DNA of 40,147 nucleotides from Thermoproteota archaeon (GTDB lineage Archaea; Korarchaeota; Korarchaeia; Korarchaeales; Korarchaeaceae): NCBI GenBank assembly GCA_027491415.1, contig JAOZFH010000020.1, positions 1 to 40,147 of the forward strand, read 5' to 3'. Shown piece by piece: positions 29,189 to 37,579 of this stretch (position 1 is its first letter; each line of letters starts with the position of its first letter). The notes under the pieces were generated by a model. It saw only the letters and a program-made list of their open reading frames with translations, ran no database searches and was not told where the DNA came from. The position numbers and the translations under genes were made by a program.

Positions 29189-29332
29189 ATGGAGCGCCGC
29201 GCATACGCACCTCCCGCCATGCTCAACGCGATGTCCGACGGACGGGACCTTGGAGCAGTCATTCTCATGCCCATCCTCATAGCGATAGTGATCATCTGGG
29301 TGCTCGGGCAGGACTGGGGGGAGACCTCCTGA
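29189..29332 (+). CDS. RiPP precursor peptide A4 (47 aa)
   Basis: MERRAYAPPAMLNAMSDGRDLGAVILMPILIAIVIIWVLGQDWGETS; GGAGG RBS. Confidence 0.88.
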   Translation: MERRAYAPPAMLNAMSDGRDLGAVILMPILIAIVIIWVLGQDWGETS

Positions 29333-29355
29333 GCCCTGCCTGGGAGGTGAGGTGG

Positions 29356-29485
29356 GTGGAGAGGAAGTACGTCCCTCCGGCCCTCATGTCCATTAATGGA
29401 GGAGAAGGCGAAGACGGTCGTGATAGTGGCCCTGCTGGTCTGGCTCTGGGTCAAGGTCTTCGACCCCAAGGCGGCGGGAGTCTGA
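29356..29485 (+). pseudogene. RiPP precursor peptide A5, split by one extra base (real or assembly error)
   Basis: MERKYVPPALMSI, then one extra base at ATTAATG (about 29395), then MEEKAKTVVIVALLVWLWVKVFDPKAAGV*; GAGGTGAGG RBS. Confidence 0.75.
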
Positions 29486-29504
29486 TCCCTCGGGGGGCCC
29501 GGCC

Positions 29505-30934
29505 TTGGCCCTGGAGCCACGGACTCCAGTGCGGCTTAGAAACCCCAAGAGGCTTCGCAAAGAGGCTTTCGGCGGCCTCTACATGGACCTCCCCCACTCT
29601 CTTTTTTTGATATTTAACGAGACGGGTTATCTGATCCTGAGGGAGGTCTCGGGGGGCTCCACTCCCGAGCAGGTCGCGGCCGCCCTGGCCGCCAGGTTCC
29701 CCCAGGAGGACCCGGACCTCATAATGGGGTCGGTAATCCGGTTCCTCGAGCAGGCCGCTGCGGCCGGCCTGGTGACGTTGGGGGACTCCCCCGAGACTCT
29801 TGGCGGCGCCGGACCCGCACCCGGCTCGATCGAACCAGCGCAGGCAGAAGGGGGCAGAGAGGGCCCCTCAGAGTACGCCAAGTCGATCCTCGATTCGCCC
29901 TACGTGCTGGGCGTCGAGCCGAACGTGCTGTCGGCCCCTCTCAAGGTCCTGATAGAGGTGACGAGGAGGTGCAACCTCAGGTGCCTCCACTGCTACGCGC
30001 GGAGCGGAGACACGGGCTCCGAGGAGATGGAGACCGAGGAGATGAAGTCCCTGCTCGAGGATCTGGTGGACTCGGGGGTCAACTACTTCGTCATATCCGG
30101 TGGGGAGCCTCTTGTCAGGAAGGACCTGTTTGAGCTCCTGGAGCACGTGGCGAGGCTCGGGGCTGAGGCGTCCCTGCTGACCAACGCCACCCTCATCGAC
30201 AGGGAGAGGGCGGCCCGGCTCAGGGACCTCGGGGTGCTGAAGGTGGAGGCCAACCTGGACTCCGCCAGGCCGGAGGTCTACGACAGGTTCCGGGGCGTTC
30301 CAGGCGCCTTCGAGATGACCGTCAGGGGAGTGAGGGCGCTGGTGGAGGAGGGCGTTCCCACGAGGCTGAACGTGACGGTGACGCGCATGAACGTGGGAGA
30401 GCTGGAGGACATCGTGGAGGCTGCCGTGGAACTCGGGGTGAGGGAGGTCGCCTTCGTCGAGCTAAAGCCCTCGGGCAGGGGGCTGGACAACTACTCGAAG
30501 CTCGCCCTCGGCCCGGAAGAGAGGGCGGAGGTGGGCAGGAGGCTGAGGGAACTCTCCAAGAGGTCAGGGGGAGGGCCCTGATCCTTGGCGGGAGCAGGGA
30601 GGACCTGGACATGGTCGACCCACACGGCGTCCTCCCGCTGTGCGGGGCCGGCAAGCTCCACTGCTCCATCACGCCGTGGGGCGACGTCAAGCCATGCGCC
30701 TTCCTCCCAGACGACCCCGCCTGCATCGCCGGCAGCGTCAGGGAGAGGAGCCTGCTGGAGATCTGGCAGAACTCCCCCCTGTTCAGCGCCTTCAGGAGGC
30801 TCGGGAATCCGATCTGCGAGGCCTGCGGCGACGCCAGGTGCGCGGGCGGGTGCAGGGTCCGGGTCTACGCCGCCACGGGATCGCTGGGTGGGGCCCCCGA
30901 CCCGAAGTGCTCCAGACTTGCCCCGGCGGGGTGA
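29505..30934 (+). CDS. RRE(PqqD)-radical SAM-SPASM peptide maturase, split by a frameshift at the G5 run 30567-30571
   Basis: N-terminal PqqD-like FNETGYLIL...VIRFLEQ; CNLRCLHC; GGEPL. SPASM part (CGAG...ITPWGDVKPC...CEAC...CAGGCR...DPKC) lies in the next frame; one extra G restores a 476-aa protein. Confidence 0.88.
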
Positions 30935-30941
30935 TGTGGAG

Positions 30942-31478
30942 ATGGAGGTAGAGGGGCTGTCCTACCCGCCTTCCGGCGAGGTGAGGGTTAGGAGGCTCTC
31001 GGAGGAGGACGACCTAACCCCTGCCTTCAGGCTGATGATGTCCCTCGACTACGGGGTCCCGGAAGAGGCGGTGACCGCGCTCTTCCCGTCGCCCAGCGCG
31101 GTTCAGGCCAGGGTGAAGATGGGCCTGGTCTCGGTGTACGTGGCCGAGGCGGACGGCGACGGGGAGCCCGTTGGCGTGGCGGTCGTCATCTCGACCCCCC
31201 AGTCGTACAACAGAGACCAGAGGGTCGTGGCCCTCGTAGGCGTCAGGCCCGGTCACAGGAGGAGGGGGGTAGGGACCACCCTCCTGAGGGCCGTGATCGA
31301 AGACTCGAGGAGGGAGGGGGTGAAGAAGCTGGTGGCGCAGGTCCCGGTTCAGAACAAGGCCTCAGCCGCCCTGTTCCTGAAGAACGACTTCAGGTTCGAG
31401 TCCTACCTGAGGGACGCCTACGGCATGGGCAGGGACTCCTACGTCATGGCCCTGAGGCTGGGAGGTGACGGCGCTTGA
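30942..31478 (+). CDS. GNAT-family acetyltransferase
   Basis: VRPGHRRRGVGTTLL acetyl-CoA motif, NKASAALFLKNDF; ATG 30942 after a GGGGTGA RBS. Confidence 0.9.
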   Translation: MEVEGLSYPPSGEVRVRRLSEEDDLTPAFRLMMSLDYGVPEEAVTALFPSPSAVQARVKMGLVSVYVAEADGDGEPVGVAVVISTPQSYNRDQRVVALVGVRPGHRRRGVGTTLLRAVIEDSRREGVKKLVAQVPVQNKASAALFLKNDFRFESYLRDAYGMGRDSYVMALRLGGDGA

Positions 31479-32560
31479 CGGCGGAGCCCCAGTTCACCCT
31501 CGACCTCTACTCCCCGGACTTCAGCTTCTTCAAGGCGGTCCCGAGGGGGGAGGCCGAGGCCCTCTTGAGGGAGTGGAGGGGCCTGCAGGTCCTCCCGAGG
31601 CGCCTCAGGTCTCCTCTATTTGTGCTCTGGGAGACGACCTACCGCTGCAATCTGAACTGCTCTTTCTGCTACAACAGGTCCCCCCGAAGGGTGAGTGAGC
31701 TCACCTCCAGGGAGGCCATGTCCCTCATTTCCGAGCTGGCGGACACGCTCAGGCCGTTCAGCGTCTGCGTGAGTGGGGGGGAGCCCACGCTCCGCCCCGA
31801 CTACCTGAAGATCCTCGCGTCCCTCCACGCCGCCGGGATCACCGTGGCCACCATAACCAACGGCTGGACCATGAGCGAGGAGCTCGCCTCCGGGATAGCG
31901 AGCCACGCACACACGGCCCAGGTGAGCCTGGACGGCCCCAGGCCCGAGGTCCACGACGCGATCAGGGGGAGGAGGGGGGCGTTCGAGAGGGCCTTGAACG
32001 CCCTCAGGCTCCTGAGGGGGGCTGGAATAGCCGAGCTCTCCCTCTCCTTCGTGGCGACGAGGGAGAACATACGAGACTTCCCGGACATGGTGGACCTGGC
32101 CAGGAGGTACGAGGTCGACCGGCTCAGGGTCCAGCCGGTGGTCCCCACGGGGCGGGGCGACCTGGAGTCGGTACCCACCCCCGAGCAGCTGAGGTGGCTC
32201 GAGGGGTTCCTCGAGCGCGAGGTCGAGGGGGCGGCCGAGGAGGGGCTGAGGATAGAGTACGGCGACCCCGCCCACCACATAAGGGCCGGCCTGCTGATCG
32301 GCCTCACCCTCGCCATGAACATCACGGCGGACGGGCACGTGGGATTCACCCCATACTTCCCGTTCTCGTGCGGGAACGTCAGGAGGCATCCAATCCACTG
32401 GATATGGACCGAGAGGGTCTCGAAGGCCTGGAGGCACCCGGTGGTGAGGTCCGAGCTCTCAAAGGTGAGGACGGTCTACGACTTCTACAAGGTCTCGGGG
32501 GCGAGCAGCAGGGAGCCCGTCCCCCTCGACGGCTGGGATGAGGTGGGCCTGGGGGAGTGA
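31475..32560 (+). CDS. Radical SAM enzyme 2 with Cys-poor SPASM/Twitch-like C-terminus
   Basis: WETTYRCNLNCSFC, SGGEPTL, TNG, QVSLDG, HDAIRG; C-terminal ITADGHV...CGNV...IW retains only one Cys. Confidence 0.9.
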   Translation: MTAEPQFTLDLYSPDFSFFKAVPRGEAEALLREWRGLQVLPRRLRSPLFVLWETTYRCNLNCSFCYNRSPRRVSELTSREAMSLISELADTLRPFSVCVSGGEPTLRPDYLKILASLHAAGITVATITNGWTMSEELASGIASHAHTAQVSLDGPRPEVHDAIRGRRGAFERALNALRLLRGAGIAELSLSFVATRENIRDFPDMVDLARRYEVDRLRVQPVVPTGRGDLESVPTPEQLRWLEGFLEREVEGAAEEGLRIEYGDPAHHIRAGLLIGLTLAMNITADGHVGFTPYFPFSCGNVRRHPIHWIWTERVSKAWRHPVVRSELSKVRTVYDFYKVSGASSREPVPLDGWDEVGLGE

Positions 32561-32567
32561 GGGGGTG

Positions 32568-32882
32568 TTGCCGGTGAGGAGCGTGGAGGTATCGGACGAC
32601 GCCGTGCCGGTCAGGGAGCCCGTGTCTTGGAGGTGGGACGGCGAGACTATGGAGCACATCGTCCTCTCCGTCCCCAAGACCAAGAACATCTACATACTCA
32701 ACCCGACGGCCGCCCTCGTGTTCTACCTATGCAACGGCCACAACACGGTATCTGATATAGCCGAGACCGTCGCGAAGAGGTTCGGGGCCGACTACCGGGT
32801 GGTCGTCAGACACGTCAGGGACTTCGTGGGGAGGCTGGTCGAGATGGGCGTGGTCTCACTCCATGGAGAGGGGGATGTGTGA
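32568..32882 (+). CDS. Stand-alone PqqD / RiPP recognition element (RRE)
   Basis: YILNPTAALVFYLCNGHNTVSDIAETVAKRF...VRDFVGRLVEMGVV; start estimated at TTG 32568. Confidence 0.9.
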   Translation: MPVRSVEVSDDAVPVREPVSWRWDGETMEHIVLSVPKTKNIYILNPTAALVFYLCNGHNTVSDIAETVAKRFGADYRVVVRHVRDFVGRLVEMGVVSLHGEGDV

Positions 32883-34267
32883 GCAAACCCGTTGCCGCCC
32901 GCTCCTGCCGGGGGTCACCCATGGCGGGCGCCTCCCTCGCAGCCTTGGGCGAGGCCGCAGACCTCGTCTCCAGGGCCATCAGAGAGTCCGACTTTGCCGA
33001 GCTGGTGTCGGTCAGGGAGGAGACCCTCAGGATCTCTTCTGCCCCCGACGGATCCATTTTGGAGGATCTCTCGGTGAGGGAGCGCATCCTCGTGAAGGCG
33101 CGGGTGCGCGGCTCCTGGCTCTCGGCCACGCTCCCAGCCTCCACCCTCCCCGGGCTCCTAGAGTCTCTGAGTGAGGCGACGCCCTCCGCAGAGGCTGAGA
33201 GACTCATACTCCCTCGAATGGGTCGGGGTGTCGAGTTCGGCAACTTCTCACCGGAGGAGGATGCGGGCTACCTCTGGGAGGTCGTGACGGCTCTGGCAGG
33301 CGGGCCGGACAGCCTATCGGCCTCGTGCACGCTGAGGTCCATATCCGTCAGGAACTCCCTGGGGGTGGGGGCGGAGACCTCGGAGATCGAGACAGCGGTG
33401 GTGGCCTTCTGGCACTCCAGTGAGAACTGGTTCAGGCCGGCCGACGAGGAGGTTCTGGGCGGCTGGGCCAGGCCGAGGGACCTGGTCCGGAGCCTCGTCG
33501 AGGGTGCCGAGTCGGTCAGGTCTGCGCGGGAGGAGGGTCGAGGGGGCCTCAGGATCGTGGATCCCCCGAGGGGCGCCCCCATCGCGCTGGCCCCGAGGGC
33601 GGCCGGCACCCTCGTGCACGAACTCCTCCAACACGGGCTCGAGGGAGACGCGGTCGCGGGGGGGAGGTCTTACCTGTCGGGCATGCTGGGGGGGAGGGTG
33701 GCCCCCGAGCTGCTCACCGTGCGCTCCGGGCCCCCCCACCCGGGCTGGAGGGTCGATCACGAGGGCGTGGCCGTCGAAGAGGCGAAGCTCGTCTCCGAGG
33801 GGGTGGTCACCTCCTACCTGACCGACGTGGAGTCGGCGATCCGCCTAGGCCTGCCCCCCATCGGGTGCGGGAGGTCGGCGGGCGACGACCCACCGTCCCC
33901 GAGGGCCACGGCCCTCTCGGTGGAGCCGGTAGACGGAGGGCCGGACCTGGATGAGATGGCCTCCGAGTTCGAGACGCTCCTGCTGGTCGACAGGGCCTCA
34001 GGGGGCTCCACAGATCCTTCGAGCGGCGAGTTCAGGATCTCAGCCCCGTCTGCCCTTGTGCTCAGACGGGGTTATCCCACGGGTGTGACCCCCGCCATCT
34101 GGCTGGAGGGGAGCTGCGCCTCGGTCCTCAGGGGGCTCTTGGGCCTGGGCGGCCGCTCTGAGGAGTTCGTTACCCTATGCGCCAAGGGAGGAGGGACCGT
34201 GCTCACCAGGATCTCCAGCCCGCCCGCCGCGATCTCTGGGGAGGTGGTGCGGGTCGTCCTCGCCTGA
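32879..34267 (+). CDS. tldD: TldD-family metalloprotease
   Basis: GTLVHELLQHGLEGD (HExxxH), DHEGV, GCGRS...PRAT, C-terminal CAKGG. Confidence 0.85.
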   Translation: MSKPVAARSCRGSPMAGASLAALGEAADLVSRAIRESDFAELVSVREETLRISSAPDGSILEDLSVRERILVKARVRGSWLSATLPASTLPGLLESLSEATPSAEAERLILPRMGRGVEFGNFSPEEDAGYLWEVVTALAGGPDSLSASCTLRSISVRNSLGVGAETSEIETAVVAFWHSSENWFRPADEEVLGGWARPRDLVRSLVEGAESVRSAREEGRGGLRIVDPPRGAPIALAPRAAGTLVHELLQHGLEGDAVAGGRSYLSGMLGGRVAPELLTVRSGPPHPGWRVDHEGVAVEEAKLVSEGVVTSYLTDVESAIRLGLPPIGCGRSAGDDPPSPRATALSVEPVDGGPDLDEMASEFETLLLVDRASGGSTDPSSGEFRISAPSALVLRRGYPTGVTPAIWLEGSCASVLRGLLGLGGRSEEFVTLCAKGGGTVLTRISSPPAAISGEVVRVVLA

Positions 34268-34289
34268 CTCGGCCCTCAATAAGGGAGAG

Positions 34290-35606
34290 CGAGAGCACCC
34301 CGGAGACCTTCTGGACGGGCTCACTGGGCTGGTCGAGAGGGCCGTCGAGATCGCCCTAGGGTCGGGCGCCGAGGCCGCCGAGTGCTTCGCTGAGAGGAGG
34401 CTGGAGTCCCTGTACAGGCCGGGCCGCCCGCCGAGGCTGAGGGTCAGAGAGGGCCTCTCCCTCAGGGTGATCTTCGGGGGGAGGGTGCACTTCGCCTCCG
34501 CCTCCCTGGGGGGCTCCGACTCGGACAGCCTGACCCGGGTCCGCCGGGCCCTGGAGTACGCGGCCTCAGCGGGGACGAGGGGAGGGCGAGAGTGGCCCAG
34601 GGAGTTCTCCCCGATGTCCGGGAGCCTCCCGAGCGTGAGGACCGCGGACCCAGCCATACTGGACGCCTCGGCGGGCGAGGGGGGCACCGCCCTGGACGAG
34701 CTGGCTTCCAGACTTGGCGGCGGGGGCGAGGGGCCGACCCTGCTGGCCTCCTCCCGCGAGGTGGCCCTGGCCACGGACGCCGGGCCGATCCTGGCGGAGG
34801 TGAGGACCAGGTCCCTGGCACTGATCCACCTGGAGTCCCGGGGGCGGGCGGCCACCCTGGTCAGGGACGGGTGGAGCCTCTCAAATCTGTTGAAGGGGAT
34901 CGACGACCTGTCTCGGGAGCTCGAGGAGGTCGGAAGGGCGGAGTGGAGGCCGGCGGCCGTCTGGAGGTCGAGCCCCCGTCGGATCGTCCTCACCCCCTAC
35001 GCCCTGACCGGCCTGAGGGACCTCCTCTACCCAGTGCTCGACCCCGACCTGTCCCCGAGGTTAGACGTGCCCATCTGCGAAGTGAGGCTCGCCGAGGGGC
35101 TCTCCTTGGTCGACGACCCTGCATATCCGGGTGGCGTCCGGAGGGCGTTCGACGACGAGGGCACGCCCTCGACCCCCGTGAAGGTCCTCGACCACCGCGG
35201 CGCGAGGCAGCTCCTCACGCTGGCCAAGGCCCAGGCGAGGTCTGCCCGACCCACGGGGAGCTCAGTCAGACCGACCTACTCATCGAGGCCCTTGGCATTC
35301 CCATCCAACCTGGTCCTCACGTCGTCGGGCCGAGAGGACCCCGTGGAGCCTGAGACCGGCGCCCCGAGGCTCAGGGTCTTGGAGGGGGCCGCGGTCGGCG
35401 GGGTGGAGGCCGGGAGGCTGGAGGTGGGCGTGACGCTGGCCGTCCTCGAGGGGGAGCAGGAGACGCTGGTCGGGGGGTTCAAGCTCGTCTCGAGCTTCAG
35501 AGAGTTCTTCTCAGAGGTTCGTCCGGTGGGGCGGGAAGTGGTGGGCTGCTACGGCTTCTACTCCCCAGAGCTCGCGGTCCCGGCGCGGGCGGTCAGGCTG
35601 GAGTGA
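34290..35606 (+). CDS. tldE: TldE/PmbA-family protein, start uncertain
   Basis: The frame is open upstream of the listed GTG 34467 (DLLDGLTGLVERAVEIALGSGAEAAECF) with no ATG/GTG/TTG; VDDP...RAFDDEGTP, PTGS, PSNL; no HExxH. Confidence 0.8.
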   Translation, partial: REHPGDLLDGLTGLVERAVEIALGSGAEAAECFAERRLESLYRPGRPPRLRVREGLSLRVIFGGRVHFASASLGGSDSDSLTRVRRALEYAASAGTRGGREWPREFSPMSGSLPSVRTADPAILDASAGEGGTALDELASRLGGGGEGPTLLASSREVALATDAGPILAEVRTRSLALIHLESRGRAATLVRDGWSLSNLLKGIDDLSRELEEVGRAEWRPAAVWRSSPRRIVLTPYALTGLRDLLYPVLDPDLSPRLDVPICEVRLAEGLSLVDDPAYPGGVRRAFDDEGTPSTPVKVLDHRGARQLLTLAKAQARSARPTGSSVRPTYSSRPLAFPSNLVLTSSGREDPVEPETGAPRLRVLEGAAVGGVEAGRLEVGVTLAVLEGEQETLVGGFKLVSSFREFFSEVRPVGREVVGCYGFYSPELAVPARAVRLE

Positions 35607-36038
35607 GCACGCCCGGTCTCCGCCGGTCGATCTTCTCCCCCCGGCTGGCTGCTCCGCTGGTGATCCTTGGCAGCCGCCTGAAAGAGACCTCGTGTCCCCC
35701 CTTCGGGGAGGGCTGACCACCCGCGGGAAGCCCTCCACTCTGGCTGATCGCTCCTACTCGGTCAACGCCGGTCCTCGACGCCCAGAGCGCGTCCCGTCCC
35801 CGGAGGGCCCGCACCTGCCCGAACCTCGATCTTCGCGCGGTCGGGTCGATGCACGACGGGAGGACCGTCAGGGCTGCGAACCACGCGCCCCCAGACGAGG
35901 GCGATTCCGGGGCTTGAGGGCGCCGGCCGCCTGCAGGCGGCCGGTTGGGGAGCGACCACGCCTCTCCCTCGCCGAGGGAGGGGCCCCTGGACGCGCTGCC
36001 CCGAAAAGCGGGGGCCGGGGGAGACTCATTTGCCGCGC

Positions 36039-36374
36039 TCAATCGGTCTGCGTTGCGTCGTCTCTTTTCCTCCCAACGTCGCGCCGAGGGGGCACAATCA
36101 GCTCTATTCCTTCCTGCCTCTTCAGCCTCCTTATGACGGCCCCTATCAGGCCCATCTCTGGATCTCCCCTCTCCTCGTCCTCAAGCCACGCTTCGTCCAG
36201 CCACTTGTACTCGGGGGGAACCTCTCCCCTCATGAACGCCTCGTAGAACTTCTTTCCGAGTTCCCACAGCTTCTCCATGCCGGGCTCTGGCCCGCTCTCG
36301 TGCCTCAGATAGTACGATACCGCATCAACCACGTAGTGCGTTGCGTACCCGCCGGTTATGAACGTGAGCGGCAT
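36039..36374 (-). CDS. Hypothetical protein (111 aa) directly downstream of the CRISPR trailer
   Basis: Strong GGAGGTGA RBS, ATG start, host-like codon usage; no family recognised. Confidence 0.65.
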   Translation of the reverse strand: MPLTFITGGYATHYVVDAVSYYLRHESGPEPGMEKLWELGKKFYEAFMRGEVPPEYKWLDEAWLEDEERGDPEMGLIGAVIRRLKRQEGIELIVPPRRDVGRKRDDATQTD

Positions 36375-36411
36375 CTAATCACCTCCCCTCCTGGCACCCG
36401 GACCCAGCAGC

Positions 36412-37138
36412 GTTTCAACCCTGCCGCAAGACAAGAAAAGAAAGGGCCAATCTAATTCTTTAAAGGAATTTCCGGCCTCGTCGTTGCAAGAGGAACCTTC
36501 AACCCCGCCGCATTAGGCGGCAAATCTGCTTCTGGCCGCGGCCTGGGCCGGGTACAGGCCGAGGTCGAGCTTTCAACCCTGCCGCAAGAAGCGGCCAATC
36601 TGCTTCCCCGCTCGTCGCTCAGGAGTCTGGCGGGTTCCAGCGGGCTCTTTCAACCCTGCCGCAAGAAGCGGCCAATCTGCTTCGTGTGGGCAATAACGGG
36701 CTTCCTGTTCGGGCACGAGGTCGCTTTCAACCCTGCCGCAAGAAGCGGCCAATCTGCTTCGTCCGTGGGAGGACACAAAGAACACGGAGGGTTGAAAACT
36801 TTCAACCCTGCCGCAAGAAGCGGCCAATCTGCTTCCTGTAGGGCACGGTAGTAGTAGCGTAAAGCCTCGTAGATCTTTCAACCCTGCCGCAAGAAGCGGC
36901 CAATCTGCTTCGCGCAAGACTGCACCACGGCAGCGGAAGCATCGTGCAGCACTTTCAACCCTGCCGCAAGAAGCGGCCAATCTGCTTCGTACGCTCAGGC
37001 GGCCCAGGAGTGGGAGAGATACTACCTTTCAACCCTGCCGCAAGAAGCGGCCAATCTGCTTCACGCGATCCACGTGAACCGCTTCAGCTCTTCCACATTC
37101 TCTTTCAACCCTGCCGCAAGAAGCGGCCAATCTGCTTC
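36412..37138 (-). CRISPR. CRISPR array: 8 identical 37-bp repeats plus 2 degenerate trailer repeats, 37-40 bp spacers
   Basis: CTTTCAACCCTGCCGCAAGAAGCGGCCAATCTGCTTC at 36570, 36647, 36724, 36799, 36875, 36952, 37026 and 37102; degenerate copies at 36496 and 36412. On the minus strand the repeat ends in GTTGAAAG and has a GCCGC/GCGGC stem. Confidence 0.98.
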
Positions 37139-37450
37139 CGGGTCCTTCTATCCACTCTGCTTAAAGACCCTCCGGCAGGTCCGCCCGTTTTTGGGCGGGT
37201 TCCCTACATCCGACTTCTGCGCGCCCCTTTATAAAGATGTAAGGGCGCACGAGGGGGCTTCGTCCTCACTTTGGGGGCAAATCCAAGAGAAGGGGCGAAT
37301 TCTGATGGACTTTACATGGGCAGATTGAGAGGTAGATCCCTCCCCGTCGTTCGTTTGACGTTCGTCCGCCCCTCGGTGTTACCCAAATCTGGCATTCTCA
37401 GAATCTCTTATACGATCAGACCTTAAATGGGTCTTAGATCCAAATCGAGG
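37139..37450 (-). promoter_or_regulatory. CRISPR leader
   Basis: Lower-GC non-coding stretch on the side of the intact repeats, with a CTTTATAAAG TATA-like box near 37227-37236. Confidence 0.7.
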
Positions 37451-37579
37451 CCGTGGAAGGTGTGCACAGCGCCACCGAGGTATGGCGTGGCTTCAATTGG
37501 GAATGTCGCGCGGGAGACTCCCCCCTACATCTCCCCCCAGGGAGCCCGGGGGCGGCGGGCCCGGGGCCCGCCGTTTCCC

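Noticed and set aside
29035-29610. 191-aa ORF from the ORF track spanning the precursor cassette
   Set aside because: Shadow frame: the RBS-led small ORFs with a shared motif explain the region, and only the A5 leader lies in this frame.
28744-35606. Lasso peptide, PQQ or mycofactocin pathway assignment
   Set aside because: No lasso cyclase or transglutaminase-like peptidase, no PqqB/C or ExxxY core, and no mycofactocin-type precursor.
36573-37328. ORFs overlapping the CRISPR array
   Set aside because: Repetitive translations of the repeats, not genes.
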